Shown piece after piece: positions 40,340-51,054 of a stretch of DNA of 64,000 bases. Below the pieces are notes generated by a model that ran no database searches, was not told the DNA's origin, and saw only the letters and a list, made by a program, of their open reading frames with translations. Each line of letters begins with the position of its first letter. The first letter of the stretch is position 1. The position numbers and the translations under genes were made by a program. The DNA is from Tortispora ganteri (taxonomy: Eukaryota), in assembly GCA_003707115.1 (NCBI GenBank), contig PPNB01000005.1:372001-436000 (forward strand), written 5' to 3'.

Positions 40340-42076
40340 TCACCTAAGGGCTTTGTGAGTTTCTAGAATATCAACTGACACCATCTTTCCAGCATCAGGC
40401 AGCATCTCTTTAGTGCATCGATGAATTCGTTTTTCCAAGGCCACCATTCGTTTCCGCACAATCGGTCCAATTACACGACTGTCATCACCCTTGATCCGCA
40501 TCTGGATCCTGAACCGTGGCGTTTCGTCGGTAAGAGTACAGCTCATTCTGAAACTTGACTGTTCAGGGACAACTCCAGCAGGATATATAGTGCAGATCAA
40601 GTACAACAGTTTTCCCAGGCAGGTCGCCCACCATGCGATCATAGGTTCAGTCACGCACAATCTCATACGCCGTTTCAAGCTGATGTCAGCTATCTCGCCT
40701 CCCCACCGCTCACACAACCCAATACCTACGAGCGCTCGAATTTCATGTGATAGCCCATGTGTTGCAGCAATCGGGCCCGTGGTCGCTACTACTAATGCCG
40801 ATATAGCCTGAGACTCTTTGGCGAAACATGTGTGATAAAACGACATGTTAACTAATGCCGGCAGTATTCTGTTCTTGATAACTTGAGGCACTTGGTCCAA
40901 AGGTAGTGCAGATAGCACTATCTGTTTGTATTTTTCTGCATCTCTCGGGGCAAATGCCTTAGTTGCCGTGATTATTGGATCCTGGGCGCGGATATCTCTT
41001 GGAAGAGTTTTGAAAATAAGTCCCTCTCTAACTCCGCCTTGTGAGAAGAGAATTTTCGATACAGGAGGCAGTGCTTCCCACAGACAACTGATAAAAAATA
41101 TTACGGCAGGCAGTTGAACTGCAATACGATCAGATACTCTGAACTTCTGGTCTATCTGTTCAGTCATTTTCCGCGGGTCGTTAAGACCTGTAGCTGCCAT
41201 ATCGAGGAGCCGCTTGACTCGGTCTGCAGTGCACGCAAACCCATTGATGATTTGCATTGGGTACTCGTCGGATTTTAACTGGTCAGATAGCATCAGCGAG
41301 CCAAAACTGCGGAACCCTCCGCCTGACGCATACAGCTTGAATCCTTGTGAATCTTCCATACTAGCAGATACAATTTGAGATGGCACGTCTATAACTGCGA
41401 AAGCATCCTTTAGGCTTTTGATTGTTTCAGCTCTCAGCTCATTGTAATCCTCGTTGTACAATCTTTGGATCAGTTTGTCTGTACCGAAATCGAGCATGGC
41501 CGGTTTTTCGCACATTGAAATCTTACCGGAATTGTTTTCAGCCCATGAAAGTTGTGCAGAAGCGACTCCAAGGTCAATATAGAGGCCAGTGATATCGTGG
41601 AACGATGAAGCTACACCTAATACTCCGATAGTACTTTCTTCGACACATGAGAGCACATCGATGCGTAATTGTGATGTTTCATAGACACAGTCAGAGAAGT
41701 CCCTGAAGTTGACTGCTCGGCCGACTACATCAGCAGCAACCACTTTGATATTTGATAGATCGACGCCGAAATCGGCGCAGATTAGTTTACATCTCGCCAT
41801 AGCATGCGAAATTTCGTTAATCACGTGATGAGGAATAGTTCTTTCAGGTAATGGTTCTGGTGAGCAGCGGACGGCTTCTTCAGCAACCGGCTTGGAGTGG
41901 GTTTCTTCAAATACAGATATCGCAAGTCTATCCTGGAACAGAATAGGCATTATCCTTGCTGTATCTGGGTTCAATGAAGTAATTGATATACGCAAACCAT
42001 TTGAAGCAATATCAATAATCCCTATCAGGTTATTTCCCGAAGATTGTGGCACATAAGTGGCATTGCTGAAAGACAT
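40340..42076 (-). CDS. RTG2: Retrograde regulation protein Rtg2 (Ppx/GppA family)
   Basis: IIDIASNGLRISI..TARIMP, LYASGGGFR, YPMQIINGF, FSQGGVREG, HGLSHEIRAL..LCERWGG. The start is at 42076 or 42127. Confidence 0.85.
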   Translation of the reverse strand: MSFSNATYVPQSSGNNLIGIIDIASNGLRISITSLNPDTARIMPILFQDRLAISVFEETHSKPVAEEAVRCSPEPLPERTIPHHVINEISHAMARCKLICADFGVDLSNIKVVAADVVGRAVNFRDFSDCVYETSQLRIDVLSCVEESTIGVLGVASSFHDITGLYIDLGVASAQLSWAENNSGKISMCEKPAMLDFGTDKLIQRLYNEDYNELRAETIKSLKDAFAVIDVPSQIVSASMEDSQGFKLYASGGGFRSFGSLMLSDQLKSDEYPMQIINGFACTADRVKRLLDMAATGLNDPRKMTEQIDQKFRVSDRIAVQLPAVIFFISCLWEALPPVSKILFSQGGVREGLIFKTLPRDIRAQDPIITATKAFAPRDAEKYKQIVLSALPLDQVPQVIKNRILPALVNMSFYHTCFAKESQAISALVVATTGPIAATHGLSHEIRALVGIGLCERWGGEIADISLKRRMRLCVTEPMIAWWATCLGKLLYLICTIYPAGVVPEQSSFRMSCTLTDETPRFRIQMRIKGDDSRVIGPIVRKRMVALEKRIHRCTKEMLPDAGKMVSVDILETHKALR

Positions 42077-42220
42077 TATTGGTGTAGTAGAAGTGAGGTG
42101 CTTAACCCCACACACTCTACCCAACATTGACGTAAACACCAAGATCTGACAGCAGCTGTGATTGGCTGAACTACAACTTTTTTTATTTTTCAACTTATAC
42201 CTCTTATTTCTTTTACAGAT

Positions 42221-43432
42221 TTATTTTGCCGGCATTCTAGGCGTGGAAAGTTTCCAGTCCACAGGAACTGACCCACGCATGTTAGAGCTGAACCCGAGCA
42301 GACGCCAGACCAATGGTGTAACTGCAATATCATTGTACGCGCAGTCCTCACACACATCGCTTACCTGCGCGATCACTTTCTTGTCGCCATATTGGATCTC
42401 TACCTCAGAATCGCACAGGTAACTAATAAGCAAAGGATCAGGTTCTGTCTGTGTAAACATCGCCCTAGATAGTGCTACATGGTACATCTCAGGTCCTGTC
42501 TCCTTCTTCTCGCACGCACCTTTGAACCGCGGAAGGAACATCTTGGCATTACCACGGAACCGTTTAGGCGGATGATTGATAAATGGTGGCAAATAGTCTT
42601 TGTCGAGATTATTAATATCAAAGATCGATGGCCTGCGGGTATTCTCTTCGTCGCGATCCAACGTCGGACGCTGGTTGTTTCCATTACGGTTTGGCTGAGC
42701 CTCTGCGTCTGTCTCAGCATGTGCTTTAGCATATGCTTCAGCATGTGCATCTTGACCTTGGGCTTCAGCTACTGCTGTTGCCACATTAGCTGTAGATTGA
42801 CCTTCAAACTTCATGGCAGCGGCACGGGCAGTAGACTGATCTTCAGCGACCGCATGCGCTCTAGCAGTGGCCTCGACGCTCTTGAGAGTAGTTTCAGCCG
42901 GTTTTACTCCCTGTCCAATTCCAGGGTACTTTTCAGCGACCTGCGAATCTTGAATCTCTTTTTTGCTCTGGTTTTTCACAACATACACTCGCTTGCCTTC
43001 ACCCGACTCGCTGCTGGAAGCATGTTCAACAGTGCTGCTTGAGCTTGAATTCTCAACGATTTCAGATGGTACAGTGATATGAGAGATAACCAATGGCTCC
43101 TTCAATGTTGTTGCTGTTCCATCATTGTAGCACCAGTCGTTCTCAACCTCGTCTGCGATGTTTGATATCTTCAAGAGATTAACGCCTGATGGGTTCACAT
43201 ACTCGTACAGCGTGACTTTTCGCTTTCTGCGCTCCAAAGGTACGCCGTTTACAGTCAAAGTGCAGTCTTTATCCGCTGCTAAGGCACGGTTAATTTGTGC
43301 ATTTTCAGGCAGATTGGTTGACAGAAATCGAGACTCGTACACATCCACAATAGCTAAATGTTGCGCAGAGCGGCCGCTTGTTGCAGCTATAGCTAGAGTT
43401 ATCAGACAGGAAACAGAAACTAAACTGATCAT
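42221..43432 (-). CDS. Secreted protein with C-terminal RlpA-like double-psi beta-barrel (expansin/loosenin-like) domain
   Basis: Signal peptide MISLVSVSCLITLAIAA, then GAC..VALS..LCDSEVEIQY..VSDVCEDC...VDW. Confidence 0.75.
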   Translation of the reverse strand: MISLVSVSCLITLAIAATSGRSAQHLAIVDVYESRFLSTNLPENAQINRALAADKDCTLTVNGVPLERRKRKVTLYEYVNPSGVNLLKISNIADEVENDWCYNDGTATTLKEPLVISHITVPSEIVENSSSSSTVEHASSSESGEGKRVYVVKNQSKKEIQDSQVAEKYPGIGQGVKPAETTLKSVEATARAHAVAEDQSTARAAAMKFEGQSTANVATAVAEAQGQDAHAEAYAKAHAETDAEAQPNRNGNNQRPTLDRDEENTRRPSIFDINNLDKDYLPPFINHPPKRFRGNAKMFLPRFKGACEKKETGPEMYHVALSRAMFTQTEPDPLLISYLCDSEVEIQYGDKKVIAQVSDVCEDCAYNDIAVTPLVWRLLGFSSNMRGSVPVDWKLSTPRMPAK

Positions 43433-43804
43433 TGATTTCTTTTAGTTGTGGATATAATTCTGAAACACATATGATTATATACTAGTTTCTGGTACACACA
43501 TTAGTGCAACTTTTAGCGGCATCTTATAGTTGATTTACTTTTACAGGTATGTATATGACGCTGATTAAATGTGTCAGTTTATACCGAGTTATCACCTACC
43601 TTATTGCGGAAACATAGCCCATAATTATCTCAGGGTGCTGATTTTACTGCCTTGAGTTTCTCCTTGCGTTGGAAATAGACCCTTAGATCTACACTGACTG
43701 CCGTTCGCTACTTTAGCCTGGTAATTTATTGCGTTGAAAAGCTTATTATATTGGACAGCTACTTGAGATACTCAATAGGGATATTTATTACTAAAAAATA
43801 GACA

Positions 43805-45403
43805 CTAATTGCGGCGAACCCATTGAATAGTGCCAGGGGGAGGGGGAAGAGCAATCATACTCGAATAGTCAGGTTCAGGAACAGCAATTTGCCCCTCAGG
43901 TAAGGTCCACTTGAAGCAGCGAACCATATTAGCAATTACAGTTGAGATCTGAACATAAGCGAACTGTTCGCCAATACATCGGTGACGTCCAGCACCGAAG
44001 GGAAGGTAAGGGGAATTGGCGCCCTTAGAGACCAGTCCATAACCGTAATCTATTTTTTCATCACCAGAACCGTCACTTGAATACTTGGTCACGTCCCATC
44101 TGTATGGGTCAAACTTCTCCGGATCCACAAAGTACTGTGAATCCCGCATAGGGACACCTGGCGCAGCCAAGAGATAATAGCCAGCAGGGATCACGTATTT
44201 TTTATCAGGAGTAAACATTGGGCGCATGACCTTACGCATAATAGTATGAAGAGGTGAATGGGTTCTAAGCGTTTCGCGCACCATGTAAGCATGCAGAGGC
44301 ATGTTGGCGAGATGTTCATATGTAAGTGGGATCTTGTTGGGGTCTCCTCCAACAGCATTGCAGAGCTCTTCATAAAGTTTATCTTGAAGTTCCGGTTGAG
44401 CTCCAAGATGCAAAAACATCCAGCTGAGAGTAGATGAAGAAGTGTGCTGACCTCCCATAAGGATACCGATGTTGAGGTTAGCGATCTCCTTGTCAGTCAT
44501 CTTTACGCCATCGCGATAAGTACCGTTTTTCATGAGAGCGTCTATCAAGTCACGATCCTGAATATCATTGTTCTTCCGACGCTTTTCGATAATGTCCTGG
44601 TACAATCTCGAGATTTTGCGCTGGGCTTCATCGCGTTTCCTGTAGGAAGGCAATGGGAGGTGCGGGAAGACAAAATTTAGAGGAGTGAACCCATGGTCCA
44701 AATCAGTGTAGAGTTGAGCAAAAGAAGTGTCAAACTGGGCACGGACTTCTTCGCCTTGCAGGCAGTGGGATGCAGTGAATATAATAAGCTCGGGCATAGC
44801 CTGCATAAGCGGTGTGATGCCAGACTGTTTAGACTTGTCGCCTCCAAGCATGGTGGGTGAGGTCAACATATAGTCGTTAAATTCTTTGGTAATGATAGGC
44901 ACATAGCGTTGAAAAGCTTCGCGGGTTAAGGCGGCTTTCGCGAACTTCTTTTGTTCCATTAGACGTTCGTTCGGGCAGTCAAAGATGACGCCCTCGCCGA
45001 AGACAGGGGTGGTCAAATGCTTGTATGCCTCTTCAGCACATGCATCGGCATGTTTGGCATTAAAGATGAAATCGTTACCGGCAGGACCCAGGTACACGAC
45101 CATTTTCTTACCAAGCATGACAAAAGTGAACACATCACCGTACTTCTTTCTACAGTAGTCAAAAAACTTGTAGGGTTCCATGCCATAGGTGACAGCATTT
45201 CCAATAATTGGGAACCAGTGGAATACCATCGGTGGTTCGTTCTTTTTGGGAAAAAGAAGCTGATTCAGGACATTTAAAAGGACAGCAACGAATAAGAAGC
45301 CGAAGAATAGCAAAGGGATTTTGATGCCTAGTGGCAGCGCTGAGACATAGTCTGCCACTATGAGTACTGGTTCAGAAAGATTTAGACTGGACAAGACACC
45401 CAT
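43805..45403 (-). CDS. ERG11: Lanosterol 14-alpha-demethylase CYP51
   Basis: YKHLTTPVFG, LMEQKKF, MGGQHTSS, ETLR and the heme motif PFGAGRHRCIGEQFA. Confidence 0.97.
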   Translation of the reverse strand: MGVLSSLNLSEPVLIVADYVSALPLGIKIPLLFFGFLFVAVLLNVLNQLLFPKKNEPPMVFHWFPIIGNAVTYGMEPYKFFDYCRKKYGDVFTFVMLGKKMVVYLGPAGNDFIFNAKHADACAEEAYKHLTTPVFGEGVIFDCPNERLMEQKKFAKAALTREAFQRYVPIITKEFNDYMLTSPTMLGGDKSKQSGITPLMQAMPELIIFTASHCLQGEEVRAQFDTSFAQLYTDLDHGFTPLNFVFPHLPLPSYRKRDEAQRKISRLYQDIIEKRRKNNDIQDRDLIDALMKNGTYRDGVKMTDKEIANLNIGILMGGQHTSSSTLSWMFLHLGAQPELQDKLYEELCNAVGGDPNKIPLTYEHLANMPLHAYMVRETLRTHSPLHTIMRKVMRPMFTPDKKYVIPAGYYLLAAPGVPMRDSQYFVDPEKFDPYRWDVTKYSSDGSGDEKIDYGYGLVSKGANSPYLPFGAGRHRCIGEQFAYVQISTVIANMVRCFKWTLPEGQIAVPEPDYSSMIALPPPPGTIQWVRRN

Positions 45404-46241
45404 TTATTAAAGAAAGTAATGTAAATAATAAAAAAACAGCGGATTTGCTATTTCTAGCAGTATTTAGAAAGTAGAGAAAGAGAGTGATTTGACGCAGTTG
45501 GTGGCCAGGTAGTAAAAAAGGGGGCTTAATCAGGATGGATACGACATTTTAAGGAATAAGGTTGTCAGGCCACTTCAGGGTTTGTAAATTGTTTTTAGGT
45601 CAACAAACAACGCGACTATTAAGTACAAGCGTGATATAATATATTCAATTTCTATTTTATGGCTATTTTAATTGTTATATTTACTAAAAACTGTTTCATA
45701 GTCGTCTGTGCGGCGAATCAGTATGACGTTTGAGGATCACGGCGATAAAGTTTGCGCTCGTTTTGCATCTACGCAGCGTTCGAACACTCTTCAGAAGTGT
45801 TCCTATCGTCAGCAAAACGGTAAAAGAAACTACCTAAAATATCTGGTGGCTTTTACCCCAACTGTACCTAATTCATCACTAAGAAATCACTTGTTGTCGA
45901 TTAAGCTGTACTTGATTGGCCCATGGTTGACAGTTACAACGGTGTTTTCCCAGCTGGACAGTTAATAAATCACGAACATCATTTTTCACAATTGTTTGCC
46001 TTGGTTTAGGCTAATTTAAGTTGATTTTATACAGAATCATTCAAGATAACTCTCGTTAGATACAAGAATTACTAAACAGATTGTTGACCGGGCCGTAAGA
46101 GCTTACTTAAAGAACTTCGACAGTTGTAACTGTATTGGTTGCTAAGTGATGTTCTTCACAACTCACCTTCAACACATAGGTATCTTCTAAAGACAATTCA
46201 CTTTAGATTGTGCTTTGTTGGTAAAGAGTCTAATTTGCAAT

Positions 46242-46919
46242 ATGAAAAGAAGTAAAGATCCAGAAAAAAAGAGGAAATCAATAGCTAGCGCGCGGCAATC
46301 GCCTGCTCCTACGACCGCACTTGCACCATCGGAAACCGAAGAAGCAGCTATGCTCACTATGAATAACGCCGTGAACGAAGAGGATGACGAGGACGAGGAT
46401 GAAGACGAGGAACAACAGGGTGAAGCTTTGAAATCTGTGTTAGATAATGCAGATCAACGGCAGGCACGACTGGGACTGCTTCTTGAAGCGATGGACTCCG
46501 AACAGATGTCACGATATGAGTACTTTCGACGCGCTAATGTAAACAAAACCGGTGTCAAGCGCTTGGTAAATTCTGTACTTGGACAAAGCATCTCTCCAAA
46601 TATTGCAATTGCAGTGGCTGGTGTATCAAAACTGTTCCTTGGCGAGCTCGTTGAACGTGCCTGTCAAGTACAGAAACGAGAACTTGCAATAGCGATAGGC
46701 GAAGCTGCAGCAGAACAAATACTTGCCGAAGACCCTGAATCAGATTCCAGGAAATATTTTGACCCGGAAAAATATGGTATGGTCAATTTAGATGGTATAG
46801 AGTTAGGCCCACTGCAACCACATCATATCAGAGAGGCATGGCGCCTTTATAAGATCGAAAAGGGAACGGTTCCTCGAGCTATGTGGCGGACATCTGTGAG
46901 GCGCAAACTGTTACGGTGA
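46242..46919 (+). CDS. TAF11: TFIID subunit Taf11
   Basis: EQMSRYEYFRR, VAGVSKLFLGELVERA, GPLQPHHIREAWR. ATG at 46242. Confidence 0.92.
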   Translation: MKRSKDPEKKRKSIASARQSPAPTTALAPSETEEAAMLTMNNAVNEEDDEDEDEDEEQQGEALKSVLDNADQRQARLGLLLEAMDSEQMSRYEYFRRANVNKTGVKRLVNSVLGQSISPNIAIAVAGVSKLFLGELVERACQVQKRELAIAIGEAAAEQILAEDPESDSRKYFDPEKYGMVNLDGIELGPLQPHHIREAWRLYKIEKGTVPRAMWRTSVRRKLLR

Positions 46920-47044
46920 ATTGCAATTACGATAATGTGTTTATTATGGAGAACTAATGAATTTGAGGATGTACAGTTCGTGCAGAAAGTACGTATGTTG
47001 TGCGGCGACTATAGCGTAAGAAGATATAGACATTACTTATATAT

Positions 47045-48226
47045 TTATAGCCTGCGTTGCGTTATGACCGAGTTTGCCAGTCCGGCATCTTTGATAGATA
47101 TCTGCTTGTCATTCAGTTCCTTGCGAGGAAACATCGTTTGCAATACATAAGGCACAGTGCTAGCGGATTCTATGCCATTTAAAAATGTATAAATAGCTTG
47201 CACAGGGTCAGTTGAATTAAATCTTGGCGTCAGCCTGGTTCCATCAATGAGACGAATCTGTACCTGCGTATCGCCATGTGTCGCATTAGTAGATGATTCT
47301 TCTGCTGGTATCTGCATTGGTGGTGTAGGTGCCTCTGAGATGGGCTCTGGCGATTGGCCAGGCACAGGTGAGCCCAGGCGATGACCGGAGCCGGAGAAAC
47401 CGAACTTACGTGCAGCTCCACGAGGAGGTCTGTAAGGCTCGTCTAAACGACGGTCAACGTTGACGTTGACCGATTGGCCAGGGTGCACGTTAAGCAAATG
47501 CAAAGGTGCTTGGCCCGAATTAATAGCTTCGAGAGCGAGCCTATTTTCAGGGTCATCGTATCTCATTAGCGGACCGTCTTCAAGCGAGAATCCGTCCTGC
47601 CAGAAAGTCAACTTACGAGTAACACGACTGAATGAGTCTTCATTCTCGACAGCAGACGGTGGGTTCGACGGGCCGGCTTCTATAGGGGAGCTTTGGTCGT
47701 CGGTAGTACCTAATCGAAATCCGGAGCCTGTGAATCGCGGCTGTGGTGGTGAGCGATTTCTGCTAGAAGAAGCAGCAAACGGCGACTCAGTATCTGAATC
47801 GTCTTCCTGTGGCATGCGGCCTGTCATTTCAGCCTGTTTAAGAATAGCGTCGACGATGCTATTGTTTGCAGGACCGCCACCGCGTGGGTTGTGTACAGCA
47901 AGGCCCGATTTCTCGCCGCCAGTAAATAGGTCACGCGCAGACTGACTGTTATCACGCATATCTGAAAGTGTTGCAACACGCGGTCCGGTTCTAATACCTC
48001 TAGATGTTGAACGGGACTCAGAACGGGAAGGTCCTGCTGAAGTGGAGGAGCTAACAGCTGGAGGAGTAGGCGATTGAGTAGCATTTGACCGGTTACTTCT
48101 AGAGCCATCCAAGATCCAATTGACGGCATCTTGGACACTACCATCATTCTGCGTCAATGCATATTGAGCTTCAGAAGGCGTTACTCCCGTCAGCTGTACA
48201 ATGTCAGCAATTTTCTCATCAACCAT
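47045..48226 (-). CDS. SHP1: Cdc48 cofactor Shp1/Ubx1 (UBA-SEP-UBX)
   Basis: FTGGEKSGLAV, SEP domain LTFWQDGFS..GPL.RYDDP, FSGSGHRLGS, UBX FPRKEL. ATG at 48226. Confidence 0.92.
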   Translation of the reverse strand: MVDEKIADIVQLTGVTPSEAQYALTQNDGSVQDAVNWILDGSRSNRSNATQSPTPPAVSSSTSAGPSRSESRSTSRGIRTGPRVATLSDMRDNSQSARDLFTGGEKSGLAVHNPRGGGPANNSIVDAILKQAEMTGRMPQEDDSDTESPFAASSSRNRSPPQPRFTGSGFRLGTTDDQSSPIEAGPSNPPSAVENEDSFSRVTRKLTFWQDGFSLEDGPLMRYDDPENRLALEAINSGQAPLHLLNVHPGQSVNVNVDRRLDEPYRPPRGAARKFGFSGSGHRLGSPVPGQSPEPISEAPTPPMQIPAEESSTNATHGDTQVQIRLIDGTRLTPRFNSTDPVQAIYTFLNGIESASTVPYVLQTMFPRKELNDKQISIKDAGLANSVITQRRL

Positions 48227-48393
48227 GGAAACTGAAAGAACGTGCAAGATGTGGAAAAAGGGTAGGTTGAATGTGAGGTTTCCAGCCAATGTTTTGTTGG
48301 ATGAGTGCGGCTCAAAACTCCCAAAAAGTCACAATATGAAGAAGGGAAAAAAAACCTGCACCAATCTCTATACATTCTAGCCATAATAAATTT

Positions 48394-49593
48394 ATGACTA
48401 TGTCTTGTGAAGCACTCATACTGGACGCTGCGCCACTTATAAATGAGCCAGTTGCTGTACTTGAAAAGCGCGCTAGTTTGTTTTATACAACACCCAGCGT
48501 ATTCGCCGAAATCAGAGATGCTGAGGCAAGAAGAAAGCTCGATCTTTGGGGCGACAAGCTCACCATCCGCCAACCCTCAAAAAACAGTAGAGAGGCTGTA
48601 GAACTCGCTAGTAAAGAATCCGGCGACTATTCAGTACTTTCTACTGCCGATATAGGTCTTATTGCGCTCTGTTACGAGATCACGTGCGAGAAGAATAATG
48701 GAAATGTGCCTAAAATCACGTTTTCCAAAACACCAATGGTCAAACTGCCTGGCGATCAAGCTGAAAAGAAAGGTGAATTGGCTGAACAAGCTGAAATCCC
48801 GGAATCTATTACTTCAGAATCCGATAATATTGATGCCAGCTTGAACGATTCAGACGGATGGAGCACCGTACAAACTAAAGAACGCAAATCGTCAAACAGG
48901 AAACCCCGTTCTGCACCAGATTCCGACAGATGGATTACTCCCGACAATATCACATCTATTCACGAAGACAACAGCGAAATAACTGAAACTACTGCTACTG
49001 ACTACGTCCGTGTGTGTCTTTCTACGGGCGATTTTGCTGTACAGAATGTCGCAATGCGAATGCACCTCCAACTGATAAACATTGGAACAGGCAAGCTTAT
49101 ACGCACGATACGCTCATACCGGTTACGATGTCATGCTTGTTTCAAATTGGTCGCACCTTCTAGTAATACAAAGAACCAGAAATTTTGTCCTTCGTGTGGC
49201 GGCGCTACATTGACACGAGTTACTGTTTCTACGTCTGCTGAAACTGGCGAGCTACAGGTGCATTTGAAGGCAAACTTCCAATGGAGTAATCGCGGTAACA
49301 AATACTCTATGCCGAATCCTTTATCTGTCAAATCGCGCAAAAAAGGCACTATCACAAACGATATATACGTGAGAGCCGATCAGAAAGAATACCTGAAAGC
49401 TGTGAAAGACCATGAATGGCAGGAACGACACCACCAGAAACAGCTCGAAGAGTGGTTCGGTGATGCTGGATCGGCAGTCGATGTCGGTAATACGCCGTTT
49501 GCTATTAACAGTGCAAGCCGGTCTTCTAATTCTGCTGGCGTGCGTGTAGGACTTGGTCGACATGCTAATCGACCTAACCCTCACAAGAACTAA
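48394..49593 (+). CDS. NOB1: 20S pre-rRNA endonuclease Nob1
   Basis: PIN motifs LILDA, VFAEIRD, SGDYSVLSTADI and TGDFAVQNV. Zn ribbon LRCHACF..FCPSCG. Confidence 0.95.
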   Translation: MTMSCEALILDAAPLINEPVAVLEKRASLFYTTPSVFAEIRDAEARRKLDLWGDKLTIRQPSKNSREAVELASKESGDYSVLSTADIGLIALCYEITCEKNNGNVPKITFSKTPMVKLPGDQAEKKGELAEQAEIPESITSESDNIDASLNDSDGWSTVQTKERKSSNRKPRSAPDSDRWITPDNITSIHEDNSEITETTATDYVRVCLSTGDFAVQNVAMRMHLQLINIGTGKLIRTIRSYRLRCHACFKLVAPSSNTKNQKFCPSCGGATLTRVTVSTSAETGELQVHLKANFQWSNRGNKYSMPNPLSVKSRKKGTITNDIYVRADQKEYLKAVKDHEWQERHHQKQLEEWFGDAGSAVDVGNTPFAINSASRSSNSAGVRVGLGRHANRPNPHKN

Positions 49594-49724
49594 CTCGATC
49601 GACCATTACGATCGCTTACGATTTTTAATGAAATATCCACTATCATCATATTCTATTTCAACTGTTATTGGCGTTGAAAAATAAAAACCAAGCAATTAAA
49701 TAAAACAAAATTTACACCATAGTT

Positions 49725-49919
49725 TTACCATTGAAGAGGAGGCTGTTGTGTAGGCAGAAGACCAAATCGTCGCTTGAGCGTAACTCTCTGTCTGGAAAAT
49801 TTGTCATCTGGAGAGAACCTTGCAGGATGTGCACTCAGCGTGGGTTCACCATTATCTGTAGTCTTCTTCAAAGTGTATATGCGCCTTCCGGATTCGTCTA
49901 AACTGTACATAAGATGCAT
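49725..49919 (-). CDS. NOP10: H/ACA snoRNP subunit Nop10
   Basis: [42 protein letters not shown]. Confidence 0.97.
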   Translation of the reverse strand: MHLMYSLDESGRRIYTLKKTTDNGEPTLSAHPARFSPDDKFSRQRVTLKRRFGLLPTQQPPLQW

Positions 49920-50094
49920 TTTTTAAATGGTATGGGTTCTTGTCGGTGTCGAGGATATGAAGGAAAAAAAAATAATTCGGGAGTAAGCTTTAGCCTATTG
50001 AAAACCCACGCTAACCCTACATAGTACCCGATACTGCATTTTGCCAACTAAAAAGACAACTCTTGGTCTTTTCATTTAATTAATATATTCATTC

Positions 50095-51054
50095 TCATAC
50101 TAACCGTTTTTTCATTCCGTTAAGACACTTAGATATATCTTTACCTGGGTGTCTGTGTTGAGAATTGTACACTATTTTGTGTACTGAGTCTGCAAAGTTA
50201 CGTAGGTCATGTAACTCTTTCATCGAAGACCGGTATTTCATTGAACATGTTTTGATCTTAGACAATGGACAATCATATTGCAATAATATATTTTTGATTA
50301 AATTGTGAGAGTCCGTTAGGCTTAAATTTTCAACATCTTGCAGTTCATAATGCGAGAATATAGCTTGTTGTCGAGCTAGCTTTTCGGCAGATCGTGATTC
50401 GTAGTATGATGAGTCAAGCACTAAATCTTCAGGTTTCATAGGCTTTGTTGATCCTTTCAAACAATTGATTTGTCTTTTTAAGTTGTCTATTTCTTGAAGG
50501 TAGACACGACGTTCGTCTAGCGTATAGTCTTGTGAACTTTCAACGGCCTGTGTGTGTTTGACCTGTTCCGATGGTACTGCAGTGGTTGCCGGACTAGCAT
50601 CTACTACCTCAGAAAACTGTTTAGTATTATCATTATCAAATTCAGACTGAAATGACGTAGCATTGTACTCTGATTCTTCCTCGGGTTCCTCACAGGGGAC
50701 AAAAGCATCTGCTGGCGGCTCGGTAGGCATGTCGTGAACATCAGAACTGATACGGTCTATGATCTCGCTAGAGTCATCATTATTAAACGTCTTTTCTGTT
50801 ACAGGTGAAAGATTAGTAATATCTTTAAGTTTTACCGGCTCATCGGCAAACTTATGAGGCGTCGAGAACATTTCTTTATTATTGAGTGATCCAATACGTA
50901 GTTTATCGAGGTCCATAGCCAAATCGGTACACGCTGCGATCTTTTGATCTTTAAATTTATCGTGAGATATGCTAGGAGAAATCGTTGAGTACAAATCAGA
51001 AGATTCTGTCCATTTGTAATGAGTCATATCGGAGCTTTCAAACTGATCATCCAT
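50095..51054 (-). CDS. Hypothetical protein with acidic disordered N-half and helical/coiled-coil C-half
   Basis: 319-aa ATG-initiated ORF that fills the gap between known genes. No family was recognised. Confidence 0.7.
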   Translation of the reverse strand: MDDQFESSDMTHYKWTESSDLYSTISPSISHDKFKDQKIAACTDLAMDLDKLRIGSLNNKEMFSTPHKFADEPVKLKDITNLSPVTEKTFNNDDSSEIIDRISSDVHDMPTEPPADAFVPCEEPEEESEYNATSFQSEFDNDNTKQFSEVVDASPATTAVPSEQVKHTQAVESSQDYTLDERRVYLQEIDNLKRQINCLKGSTKPMKPEDLVLDSSYYESRSAEKLARQQAIFSHYELQDVENLSLTDSHNLIKNILLQYDCPLSKIKTCSMKYRSSMKELHDLRNFADSVHKIVYNSQHRHPGKDISKCLNGMKKRLV

